Positions 1-13,451 of a stretch of 64,000 nucleotides of DNA are shown one piece after another. The position numbers and the translations under genes were made by a program. Numbering within the stretch: position 1 is the first letter of the stretch; each line of letters opens with the position of its first letter. This DNA is from Torpedo marmorata (Eukaryota). The notes below the pieces were generated by a model. It did not search any database. It was not told the DNA's origin and saw only the letters and a list, made by a program, of their open reading frames with translations. Location: the NCBI GenBank assembly GCA_977017645.1, contig OZ360227.1, positions 98,704,001 to 98,768,000 of the forward strand, in the 5' to 3' direction.

Positions 1-93
1 CATTTTGAGGTTTGATATATATCCTTGTCATTTTGCTATGAAATATAATTTAAACATTGCTTCTTTATTTTTATTTTTTTACCTGTTCATCAG

Positions 94-393
94 GACACCC
101 TGGTCCTCCAGTAGGTCCAATTAAGTTTGAAGGAATAAGTGCTGAGAAAATGACCCTTTCATGGCTACCTCCAAAAGATGATGGTGGCTCCAAGATCACC
201 AACTATGTTGTTCAAAAGAGAGAAGCAAGTAGGAAGACTTGGATACAAGTTACCAGTGACGTTAAGGAATGCATGTGTGAGGTTCCCAAGTTATTGGAAG
301 GCCACGAATACGTATTCCGCATTATGGCTCAGAATAAATATGGTATTGGTGAACCTCTTGACAGTGAACCAGAAACAGCAAGAAATCTGTTCA
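94..393 (+). CDS. ttn: titin exon ~290 (Fn3, A19), 300 nt
   Basis: catcag|GA..TCA|gtatgt; [18 protein letters not shown]. Confidence 0.95.
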
Positions 394-3300
394 GTATGTA
401 TTGAAATAAGCTTCTCCCACATTTTCTTTATTTTGATATCATCTTGTATGTGTATTCAATATTGTCCAAATTTTGGAACTTATAAAACTGTTTTTTCTGA
501 AGTTCTCAGTTCATACTTGTTGAAAATGTAACAAAAAATAAAATAAAAATGTCTTTAAAAATGCAATCAAAATATATCTTGTACAAAGTATCTCTCTACG
601 CAGATGATTTAATGCTTTTTATTTCAAATCCTGAGGTTTCTATACTGAACATATTAACTTTGTTTGCTCAATTAAGTCAATGTTCAGGTTATAAATTAAA
701 TTTGCATAAAAGTGAATTACTTCCTTTAAAATAATCTTTTTTGAATTATTCTAATTTCCCGTTTAAAATAGCTAACGACAAATTTCAATACTTAAAAATT
801 ACAATTACAAAAAAGTATTAAAATTTATTGAAAGAAAATTTTTTGGTATTACTTAATCAGACTAAAGTACAAATATCGGGATGGTCACCCCTATCTATTA
901 CAATGATTGGACGAATCAATTCGATTAAAATGAATATTTTACCAAAATTTTTGTATCTTTTTCAAGCTGTACCTATTTTTGTTCCTAAATCTTTCTTTAA
1001 TTCATTAGATTTGATTATTTTGTCATACATATGGCAGGGAAAAAAACCACGTATAAATAAAGCTCATTTGCAAAAGACTAAAAAGGAAGGGGGATTATCA
1101 CTTCCAAATTTTAGATTCTATTATTGGGCGACTAATATACGTAATTTACTTTTATTATTATATTTTGACAAATTGGCGATTCGCCCTTCCTGGGTAGAAA
1201 TGGAACTGAAAATTTCCAAAAAATCATCTATGTTGGCAATTTGAGGTTCCTTTTTGCCTTTTTCTTTTTCTAAATTGATTGATAACCCGATAGCGAGAAA
1301 TAGGTTGAGAATATGGGCTCAATTTAGAAAATATTTTGGTTATAACAGTTTCTCTCTTGCTAGTCCTATTATAGATAATCTTTTTCAGCCATCGGGGTTA
1401 GATGTAGGGTTTAAAGAATGGTATAGGTTAGGTATTAAAAATTATAAAGATCTTTTTATTCGAGATATCTTTTTTTCCTTTGAACAATTATCAACTAAAT
1501 TTAATCTTTCTAATAGACATTTTTTTAGATATTTACAAGTTAGACATTTTGTTCAGTCTAAACTTTCAGATTTTCCTTGAATTCCCGAAGAAAATATTCT
1601 TGACTTATTGTTTAACTTGCAGTTTGTTCATGGTGGATTAGTATCATGTATCTATTGTGAGTTGTTGAATTTAAAATCAGTTTCAATGACTGGCATTAAG
1701 AGAGATTGGGAACATGATTTGAACATAACTTTTTCAGACAAAGACTGGCATTCTACTCTTAGTTTAATCAATGATTCCTCATTCTGTGCCAGGCACTGTT
1801 TATTACAATTTAAAGTGGTACATAGAGTACACATGTCTAAACTTAAATTATCTCGTTTTTATGCTGATATTGACCCACTATGTGAGAAATGTAAAATTTT
1901 TGAAGCTTCATTGATTCATATGTTTTGGGAATGTCCAAATTTAGGAAGTTTTTGGGGAAATATATTTCAAATTTTATCAACGATTTTTAAGATTAAAATA
2001 CAACCATGCCCATTGATTGCTTTATTTGGATTTTCTCGAGCACCAGATATACTTATCTCTGCAACCCGGGAGAAAGTTTTAGCTTTTACTATGCTGATAG
2101 CTTAGTAAATTCTATTGAAATGGAAAGAAGATTCCTCCCCTACGCATACACAGTGGTTCCATGTAGTACAAATAAGTTATACTGCATGCATACGAAAAGA
2201 TGTACTATCTGTCTATTACGGATCATGTATATGTGATATATGTTAAACTCAATTAAAATATTTTAAAAAGAAAATATTCCTTGTACATAAACATTGGTGA
2301 TTTTTTTTTACAGCTGTACCGGGAGCTTGTGACAAACCAACTATGAGTAGTGTGAAACGTGATAGTATGGTAGTCAACTGGGAAGAACCAGAATATGATG
2401 GTGGCTCTCCAGTAACTGGCTACTGGTTGGAGCGTAAAGAGACTACAGGGAAGAGATGGAACAGGATAAATCGTGATCCAATTAGGATAATGCCACTTGG
2501 AGTATCTTATCATGTAACTGGCCTTATTGAAGGCTCATATTATCAATTTCGTGTGTTTGCCATTAATGCAGCAGGAATTGGGCCCCCAAGCATGCCTTCT
2601 GACCCAGTGGTAGCAAGAGATCCCATAGGTGAGCATTTTTATGGTTGAAATTTTGAGACTTGTATATATGCACAATTTATCTTGTAGGTTGTAGTATGTT
2701 TGCTGCTGTTTAAACATTCCTATGAACTGCATCCTAATTTTTTGTTATGTCTTAGCCCTTTGGAAATGCATTGCCTTATTGCAAGCAATTTTTTTTTATT
2801 AACATAAAGCAAAAGTAATAATACATCAAAGAATACAGAATCCTAATGACTACGTTTCTTGTGAATCTAACTTCAAAACCTAAGCTAAATGATGCACATT
2901 CCTTTTTTTTTTAAAATAGCACCACCTGGTCCTCCATTTCCTAAAGTGACAGACTGGACTAAGTCAACTGTAGATCTTGAATGGGCTCCACCAACAAAAG
3001 ATGGTGGATCCAGAATCACTGGCTATTTTGTTGAATTTAAGAAGGAAGGAAAGGAAGAATGGGAGAAGGTAAATTCAAAAGTAATGATTTATATTTTTTA
3101 CATAATGTGATATTGCGTATAGATCCATATTTCTCTTCCTCCACCACTACTACCCCATCCTAATCCAGTTCCTAACTCTGCCTCTGCCAAACAGTTATTG
3201 AGCAGTTATCTGCTTGTCAATTCTTTAGAGCAGTGGTTTTCAAACTGCCCCCCTAAACTCACATTCCACCTTAAGCAATCCCTATTGCCATAAGTGCTCT

Positions 3301-6300
3301 GTGATTGGTAAGGGATTGCTTAAGGTGGTATGTGAGTGGGAAGGGAAGGTTGAACCACTGCTCTACACCCAATTGTTACTGAAATATTTTGCTTGAGAAA
3401 AATTGTCATTGGCCCGTTTCCTTTGGAGTTATGAATCCGTGCACATAACGAGTCAATTAGGTACGATTAAAACAGTGGTTTTCAAACTTTTTCTTTCCAC
3501 TCACATACCACCTTAAACAATCCCTTACCAATCACAGAGCACTTATGGCATAGGGATTGCTTAAGGTGGAATGTGAGTTTAGGGGGGCAGTTTGAAAACC
3601 ACTGCTTTGGAGGGTATAAATTTGGAGGGCCAAATCATTAAAATGGTTCAGTCTCTTCCAATACAGCTTTGTCCATTGGCCAGGTCTTAAAACAAGATTT
3701 AAAGAATAAGTGCAGACAGAGCCTCTCAGACATGCATGAACAGTTCTGCCCAGTAGATTTGGAATGAGTACATCAGCTTCAAGTCCAATGTTCTGAAGGG
3801 CTCTTGAAACAAAAAGACCTTTCACGTTTTTGAGTCACCTATATTTTCTCATGCTTCCCTTCGTCCTTCCCATATCCAAAGACACAGAATAAATTACCAG
3901 TATCTACATCTTCACTAACCCATGCAGCTGGTTATCTTTGAGAATAAAGACTGAAAAGTGAAATTTTATTTCAATTGTAGTTTAGTCTAAATCTTTTATA
4001 GCCACTGGCATTATTTCTGATTTTATCTGAAGGGTTTAATGTCAGAGCAATATGAAATGGGCTCCAAAATGTTAGCTGGTGTTCACCTTCCAATTGTCAC
4101 TTGTATAACATATAAAAATTATGTTTTGAATTGAATGAATGTTTCCCTGTTTTTGGCTAACGTATTTATCTTCACTGCTGGTTATTCACAGGTTAAAGAC
4201 AAAGAAATTAGAGGCACAAAGTTTGTTGTTCCAGGATTGAAAGAGGGAAATGTATATAGATTCAGAGTAAGGGCAGTAAATGCTGCTGGAGTTGGTGATC
4301 CAGGAGAGGTTTCTGATGCCATTGAAGTGAAGGATAGAACCGGTAAAAACAAATGATTTTTTTAAAATTGTTTTATTCCAATTTATTACTTTAGTAATAA
4401 TAATATCTGACATAATTATTTTTTATTCCAGTCGTTCCAGATATTAACTTGGATGCCAGTGTAAGAGACAGAATAGTGGTGCACGCTGGTGGTGTCATTC
4501 GTATCTTGGCATATGTATCGGGTAAACCACCTCCAGAGATCATGTGGAAAAAGGATGACAAGCAAATGCCTGAAGAAGCTGCAATTGAAACCACTGTGAT
4601 TAGTTCTGCTCTTGTTATAAAGAATTGTCAAAGAATGCATCAAGGAGTATACAATCTTATTGCTAAGAATGCAGGAGGTGAAAGAAGAAAGACCATTATT
4701 GTTGAAGTTTTAGGTAAGTATTGTAATTTTCTAATTTTGCACAATGCAATTATTTTTTTCTCAAGAACTTGTAAAGTTATTATTTTTTTAATTACAGATG
4801 TTCCTGGGCCAGTTGGTGAACCTTTCCGCTGTGAAAACCTTACAAATGATTCTTGCAAATTAACATGGTTCTTTCCAGAAGATGATGGTGGTTCTGCTAT
4901 TACCAACTATATCATTGAAAAGCGTGAAGTTGAACGTCGTGGCTGGTCACCTGTCACGTACACAGTTACTAGACAGAATGCTGTTGTTCAGGGTCTGATT
5001 CCAGGAAATGCTTATTTCTTTAGAATTGCAGCTGAAAATATCATTGGCATGGGCCCCTGGGTGCAGACAAGACAAGAAATTATAGTTAAAGAGCCAGTGT
5101 GTAAGTAATATATCCAGTTTCTTGTTTTCCCCAAATGTTAAATACGTCGACTTTAGCCACTGAATACACAAATCTTCCTATTTTTCTCACTTATAGCTGT
5201 TCCTGAACGTCCTGAAGATCTTGAAGTAACAGCAGTTACGAAGCAATCAGTTAGCTTGAAATGGAATCCTCCTAAATATGATGGTGGCTCAGACATTACG
5301 ATGTATATTCTTGAGTGTCGTCTAATTGGTAAAGAGAAGTTCAACAAAGTTACAAAAGAGAAATTGTTAGATCGCATGTTTACACATAGTGGCTTAAAGG
5401 AAGGTGATACATATGAGTACCGTGTCAGTGCAGTAAATGCTGTTGGCCAAGGAAAACCATCATTCTGTACAAAACCAATAACTTGCAAGGATCAACTTGG
5501 TAAGATTAATTTCAAATATCTTTCAAATTCATTTTTTCCTGAATAGTGTGTTAATAGTGTGTTATTATCTTCAGAACCACCAACACTTGAACTAGATTTC
5601 CGGGACAAATTCATTGTGCGTGTCGGTGAAAATTTCAGCATGACAGGACGATATAAAGGGAAACCTACACCAAAAGTTTCTTGGCTTAAGGATGATGAAC
5701 CAGTTGAAGAGACAAATCGCTTAAAAATAAACACAACTCCATCGAAACTTTGTCTAAAATTTCTGAAAGGTGTTCGTGCTGATTCCGGTAAATATTGTGT
5801 AGTTTTGGAGAACAGCACAGGGGTACGAAAGGGTCTGTGTCAAGTGACTGTGGTTGGTAAGTTAGTTATCTTTTTCAGAATGAAGTCTTGTAATATTGAA
5901 CTAGAATACAGAATTGAAAGCAAATGTTACCTTTTTCAGATCGTCCACAACCTCCAGTTGGCCCAGTTGTTTTTAATGAAGTTCACAGAGATAGGATGGA
6001 TATTTCCTGGAAACCTCCTCTTGATGATGGAGGCAGTGTAATCACTAATTATATTGTTGAAAAGAGGGATACAAACCGTGAGCTCTGGATGCCTGTTACT
6101 TCTTCAACTACAAAGACAACTTGTAAAGTTCCAAAGTTAATTGAGGGCCGAGAGTATATTATTCGTATCTATGCAGAAAACATGTTTGGAATCAGTGATC
6201 CATTGCTTTCAGAAGAAGTTAAAGCCAAAGATCGTTATAGTAAGTGAAAGACTTTAGAATTCTCCAATAGATTAAACAGAAGGCAAAAATAAAATACTGA

Positions 6301-9300
6301 GAAAAGCAAATTAAAAATCTGGTGTATTTTCTAACTTTGGTTACCTGGAATATGACTATCTATATTTTCATAGTGTATTGCAATTAAAGACTTGACTATT
6401 TTATCATTGAAATAAAATGTTATTTAAATGTATTCTGTTTCTTAGTTTATTAATGTGTTTATAAATGGTTGTGTAGCAGTGAGGAATCCTGGTTATGTTC
6501 TTTACATAACAATTTTAATTCTTTTTTTCAAAGGGGTTCCTGAAGCACCAGAACAACCGATCATAAAAAATATTACTAAAGATTCTGCTCTGGTGGTTTG
6601 GAATAGACCACGGGATGGCGGCAAGCCTATCATTAGATACATTGTGGAAAAGAAAGAAACGATGTCCCATCGCTGGTTAAAAGTATCCAAAGAGCCAATT
6701 TACCCAGATACCCAGTTCACGGTAACAGAACTCCTTGAAGGCTGTGAATACGAATTCCGTGTGTCAGCAGAAAACGAAATAGGAATTGGTGATCCTAGTC
6801 CGCCATCTAAACCCTTCTTTGCAAAAGATCCAATTGGTATATACAAGTTGTATTCATTTCTTTGTTTTCTTTGAAATAACAATTTGTGATATATTTGCAA
6901 GATTTATTATGACCACTATTTTACTCTTCATTTAGTTAAACCAAGCCCACCTATTACTCCTCAAGCAGTAGACAAAACAAAATCTACTGTTGATTTATCT
7001 TGGTATCCTCCTCGCCACAATGGAGGAGGCAGAATATTGGGATATTTAGTGGAATACCAGAAAGTTGGTGATGAAGAGTGGAAGAAAGCCAATCAAACAC
7101 CAGATTCCTGTCCTGGCGTTAACTTTAAGGTGGCAGGTCTTAATGGAGGTGATACCTACAAATTCCGGATTATAGCAGTCAATCAAGCTGGTGAATCAGA
7201 TCCAGCTTATGTTCATGACCCTGTTCAAGCAAAAGACAGGCTTGGTAAGTGACTTACAGGATTGCCATGCAGATCATTCCACATTGAAATGTTTTGCTGT
7301 TAATCCCATTCTGTGCAACTGATTTTGTGTCTGTAAAACTTTACAGAGGCTCCTGAATTGTTTGTAGATGCCAACATGACTCGAAGTATTAACCTTAAAG
7401 CAGGAACGATCTTAACCCTCAGTGCAACCATAAAAGGAATGCCGATTCCAAAAGTTACATGGAAAAAGAATGACAAGGAAGTACCACTTAAAGCTGATAT
7501 CGACTCTACTCCCATGAGCAGCAAGCTTGAAATCCTTAATACCGTCCGAGATGACAGTGGATGTTATTCATTAACTGTTGAAAATGAAGCTGGAAGCAAG
7601 AGTGCTGCTTGTACTGTTGTTGTATTAGGTAATAAGAATGGAACATGAGGCTTGTGGAACAATTTTCTTTTGCTTTCTTTGTTCAGTAATTAAAATAATA
7701 GGAAATTGTTCATTTTTTCAGATAAACCTGGTCCACCACGTAACTTGAATATTAGTGAAGTTAGAAGTGATTCATGCTATCTGACATGGAAGGAACCAGA
7801 AGACAATGGTGGTGCTGTTATCTCTAACTATATAATTGAAAAACGAGATGTTGCAGCTCCTCAGTGGATCCCTATCTCATCCACAACCAAAAAGCACAGC
7901 ATAATGGCTAAGTACTTAATGGAAGGCACCCAGTATTTGTTCCGTGTGGCTGCTGAAAATCAGTATGGTAGAAGTAGCTTTGTTGAATCAACAAAACCTA
8001 TAAAGGCAATTGATCCAATATGTAAGTTGAAGTTTGCTGAGATTGATAATTTCACATTAAAGCACATAATATTTATACCTACAGTATTTAACTTATCAGG
8101 TTATTATCTTATTTTTATAGCTCCCCCTGGCCCACCTAAGAACCTGCACCATGTTGATGTGGACAAGACTGAGGTGTCTCTTGTTTGGAACTACCCTGAT
8201 CGTGATGGGGGTTCAGAAATCAAAGGATTTTTAGTTGAATACCAGGAAGATGGAGCAAAAGATTGGAATAAATTCAAAACTGTTAGCATACCTGAATGTG
8301 TTGTAACTGGGTTAGAACAGGGAAAGACATACCACTTCCGTGTTAAAGCTCAAAATGCAGCTGGGCTTAGTCGTCCAGATACAACTGTGCCTATACTGTG
8401 CCAGGAGAAATTAGGTTGGTTGTTTACTTGTTTTATTTTTTCCATTGCTATCATTCTTTATTTCATTAGCACTCTCATGACATTATTTATGCTTTTGTAT
8501 TATAGTGTCACCCTCAGTGGATGTCGATGTAAGTTTGATTGAAGGTCTTGTTGTGAAGGCTGGCAGCACAGTCAGACTCCCTGCTTTAATGAGGGGCATT
8601 CCAACTCCTTCGGTGAAGTGGGTCACTGACAGTACTGAACTTAAATCAGAAGGCAATTTCAAGATTGATACTGACAACCACTCTACAGTGCTAACAATTA
8701 AGGATTGTATCAGAAAACATACTGGTGAATATGTTCTTACTGTTTCCAATGCAGCTGGAAGTAAGTCAGTAGCTCTCCACTTGATTGTCCTGGATGTTCC
8801 AGGCCCTCCCATTGGTCCAGTCAATATCCTGGAAGTAACACCACAGCACATGATCATCTCTTGGCGTCCACCTAAGGACGATGGTGGAAGCCCTGTTATG
8901 AATTATATTGTTGAGAAACGAGAAACTAAGAAGGAAACCTGGGGTATTGTTAGCTCTGGAAGCACAAGTACCCAAGCTAAAATTCCACGTCTCCAAAAAG
9001 GTTCTGAATATATTATGCGTATTCGAGCTGAAAACAAAGTTGGTATTGGTGAACCATTGGAGTCTAAACCAACGGTAGCCAAGTATATGTTTGATGTTCC
9101 AAGCCCTCCTACTAAGCCAACCGTATATGACATCACTGAAAATGCAGTAACAGTTTCATGGGGTGTACCAAAGAATGATGGTGGTAGTCCAATTATTGGT
9201 TACATTATGGAACGCAGGGAAAAAAATGGTAAATGGATCCGGGTGAATAAGACACCAATACTAGATCTAAAATTGAGAACTGTTGGACTTTTTGAAGGGA

Positions 9301-12300
9301 ACACATATGAATTCAGAATATTTGCAGAAAATATTGCTGGTCTAAGCAAACCATCACCCATCTCTGATCCGGTTTCAGTAATCCGTCCTATAAGGCTACC
9401 CTGGCCACCAATTAATCCAAAACTGAAAGACAAGTCAAGAGAAACTGTTGACTTAGTCTGGACAAAGCCCACCAATGATGGAGGCAGCCCAATCTTAGGA
9501 TATATTGTAGAATGTCAGAAAACAGACACTACAAAGTGGATTAGAATTAATAAAGATGATTTAATTGCACAGTGTGCCTTTAGAGTACCAGGCCTTATTG
9601 AAGGAAATGAATACAGATTTCGTATAAAGGCTGCCAACATCGTTGGTGAAGGTGAACCAAGAGAGCTGCCAGAATCTGTAATTACAAAAGATATTCTTCA
9701 TCCTCCAGAGCTGGACCTTGATATTGTTTGCCGTGATCTAATTACAGTTCGTGTTGGACAAACAATTGCCATAACAGGACGCGTTAAGGGCCGACCAGAT
9801 CCAGAAATTACATGGTCAAAAGAAGGCAAGGTTCTTGTTAAGAGCAGACGAATAGAGATTCATAATGACTATCCTGTTATACAACTCTTTATTAAAGAGG
9901 CAACCAGAGCTGATCATGGCAAATACAATATTGTTGCTAAAAATAATAGTGGACAAGTGCAAGCTGCTGTTACTGTCAATGTTCTTGATAGACCAGGTCC
10001 TTGCAAGAATATCAGGACAAGTTATGTCACTAAAGATTCCTGTGTGCTCTCCTGGGATAATCCAGATGATAATGGTGGTTCAGAAATTACCAACTACATC
10101 GCAGAAAACCATCAACCCAGCCAGAGAGGATGGTCTTTGATCTCATCTGATTTGACTAAACGTGTGGTCAAAGTTCAAATTACAACAAATCATGAGTACT
10201 TCTTCCGTGTGTGTGCAGAAAACAAAGTTGGACTAGGTCCAACAATTGAAACTAAAACACCAATCTTAGCCATTGATCCTATTGAAAAGCCTGGAGAACC
10301 AGAAAACTTTCATGTTGCTAATGTTGGAAAGACATTTGTCCTACTTAAATGGAGGAGACCTGATTATGATGGTGGAAGTCCTAACCTATCCTATCATGTT
10401 GAGAGGAAGTTAAAGGACTCAGATGAATGGGAAAGAATACACAAAGGAAGTATTAAAGAGACAAGTTTCATGGCTGACAAATGTATTGAGAACCAGAGTT
10501 ACCAGTTTAGAGTTCAAACCAAGAACGAAGGTGGTGAAAGCAATTGGGTGAAGACTGATTATATAATTGTCAAGCTAGAAATTCAAAAACCAGTCTTGGA
10601 TCTAAAGCTTACTGGAACATTAATTGTAAAAGCAAGTGAAACTTTCAGAATTGAAGCTGCTCTGAGAGGCAAGCCTCAACCAGAAGTCGTTTGGGTAAAA
10701 GACAAAGATGCAATTGATCTTAGCAGATTACCTCAGGCTAAAATTGAAACAACTGCTGATGCATCCAGATTAACCGTAACTAAGTCTAAGCGAGAGAACA
10801 GTGGCAAATATACAATCACAGCAACCAATCCAGCTGGTTCCTTTACAGCGTATGCTACTGTGAATGTTTTGGATGTACCAAGTGAAGTCAGAAATCTGAA
10901 AGTAGGTAGCATTGCAAGTGATAGGTGTAGAGTCAGCTGGGACCCACCAGCAGATGATGGTGGTTGTGAAATTCAAAACTATGTTGTAGAAAAATGTGAA
11001 AGCAAGAGAATGGTCTGGTCTGTGTTTTCCACTTCTATAATAAATGAATATGCAAATGTCACTCGTCTGATTGAAGGAAATGAATACATTTTCAGAGTGC
11101 GTGCAGAAAACAAAATAGGTACAGGTCCACCAGCAGAAACTAAGCCAATTGTAGCTAAGACTCAGTTTAATAGACCTGGTCCTCCAGATGCACCAGAGAT
11201 CACAAAAGTCAGCAAGGAAGAAATGACCATTGTATGGAATCCACCAGAAGATGATGGTGGAAAATCAATCACGGGATACATTTTGGAGAAGAAAGAAAAA
11301 CTATCTGTTAGATGGGTGGCAGTCACCAAGAGTCCAATCCCAGAAAGGCGAATGAAAGTTACAAATCTGATTCCTGGACATGAATACCAGTTCCGTGTCA
11401 AAGCTGAAAATGAAGTTGGATTAGGAGAACCAAGTCCACCGTCAAGACCAGTATTAGCAAAGGATCCTATGGGTATATATATTTTCATCATTAAATCGAT
11501 TTTCTAAACATAATTTTGATTGCTTTTTCTCATAACTCGCACCACACTCTCTTAATTCATATTCTGTTTTTCTGTACACAGAACCTCCTGGTCCTCCAAG
11601 TGGCCTTAAGGTGATTGATAGTACAAAGACCTCTATTTCTCTTGGCTGGACAAAACCTGTTTATGATGGTGGTTCTCCCGTAACTAGTTATGTCGTTGAA
11701 ATGAGACCGAAAGGTGTCAGCAAATCTCCTGAAGAAGGATGGACGAGGTGTAATGTTGCAGCTCAGTTAGTTGTAACTCAGTTTACCATGAGTAGCCTTA
11801 ATGAAAAACAAGAATATGAATTTAAGGTTTCTGCACAGAATCAGGTCGGAATTGGCCATCCAGCTGAACTTAAAGAAGCAGTATCGCCAAAGGAGATTTT
11901 AGGTATGCACTGCATATTGCTTTTTTTCCTTTATGGTCCAATAAAATATATTCAATGTGATAACATTCCTTTCACCAAGAAATAAATTTCTGTCATAAAA
12001 TGTATTTTTTTTCAGAACCACCAGAAATTGATTTAGATGCAAGCCTGAGAAAGGTTTTAACTGTCAGAGCAGGATGTCCTATCAGATTGTTTGCCACCAT
12101 CAGAGGCCGACCAGCACCTAAAGTTACCTGGAGGAAAATTGGAATAGACAACGTTGTTAGAAAAGGTCAAGTAGATTTGATTGACACAATGACTTTCCTT
12201 GTCATTCCTGATAGTACTCGAGATGATTCTGGCAAATACTCGTTGACTCTTGTAAACGCAGCAGGTGAAAAGGCTGTGTTTGTGAATGTTAAAGTTCTGG

Positions 12301-13407
12301 GTGAGTATCTTTTTTTTAATCTTCTGTTTTCTGATTTGGTTTGATCATGGGGAAGATTTTATGATAAGTAGATATATCTTGATTACTAGATTTCTTGTCC
12401 CAAAAGAAATACGTTGCTGGAACTAATCTTGGGTAATGAAATGGGTCAAGTGGAGAATGCTGTATTGGGGTATTATTTCATATATTGGTCATTGTAGTAT
12501 CAGATTTAAATAGTAATGGACAAAGAACAATTTGAATAAAAATACTCCAGGAAATTGAGGAGAGATTGCTCAGGTAAATTGGAGTTATATGCTGCTAGGC
12601 AGAAATGTAATAGTGCCATAGAAAGTCTTTCATTCAACTGCAGTATGAGTAGATTATCATAAAGGGAAAGACAAAGAGCGATAATGCTGAACATGCATAG
12701 GACACTGCAGATGCTGGAATCTGAGTTCCTCCAGCAGATTATGTTTGGCACCAATGCTGGTCTCAGTGGATGATCCACTTGGAGAGTAAGATGAAGTACA
12801 AAAAGGGGCCTATGATGGATTTCAGTTATATATCAGGCTGAATACATAAAATATAGTGGTCAAGTGTAGCAGGAAATAAAAGGGGCAATAATACAGTGTA
12901 AAAATAGTTTGTCAGCTAAGATAAAAGGGAATCAACAATGTGTTCAGGATAAAAGGGACCAAATATGAAATTTATTGGCATTGGTATTTACTAACAGAAA
13001 GTATTTTAGCAAAGGCATATGAAATAGGGAAGTTATCAGGATATTAAATTAAGGATAAAGTAGGCAGTACTGTCTCTGGTTATTCACCCAATCTGAATGA
13101 GGTGCGTCCCTGATTCTTGAGAAAAATAAATGTAAATAATACAGAGGTGCTAAAATGTTTCAGTTCTCTTAAGATTAGAGGGATGATGCCACAGGACCCT
13201 AGTACAAAATATTGAGGTTGGATAAACATGATATTTGCAGGCCAGTCAATTTAATGTATTACTGAATATACATATAATGATTTGGGAGGATATTAATATA
13301 AAAATTATTAATGTCAACGTGTTTCAGGCAAATTGTATTTCATTAACTTGGTTGATATTTTTGATGATATAACAGTTAAAGTCATTGTAATTTATGTTAT
13401 ATATATA

Positions 13408-13451
<44 letters not shown>

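Noticed and set aside
549-2105. Functional or domesticated reverse transcriptase
   Set aside because: Multiple in-frame stops, missing N-terminal RT motifs and endonuclease
3231-3604. CRISPR-like or prokaryotic repeat system
   Set aside because: Repeats are inverted with hAT termini and an 8-bp TSD; no spacer array or cas genes; eukaryotic intron context
5542-5564. aatagtgtgtta tandem duplication near an acceptor; ttccttttaa duplication near 16528
   Set aside because: Ordinary short slippage duplications with no functional signal
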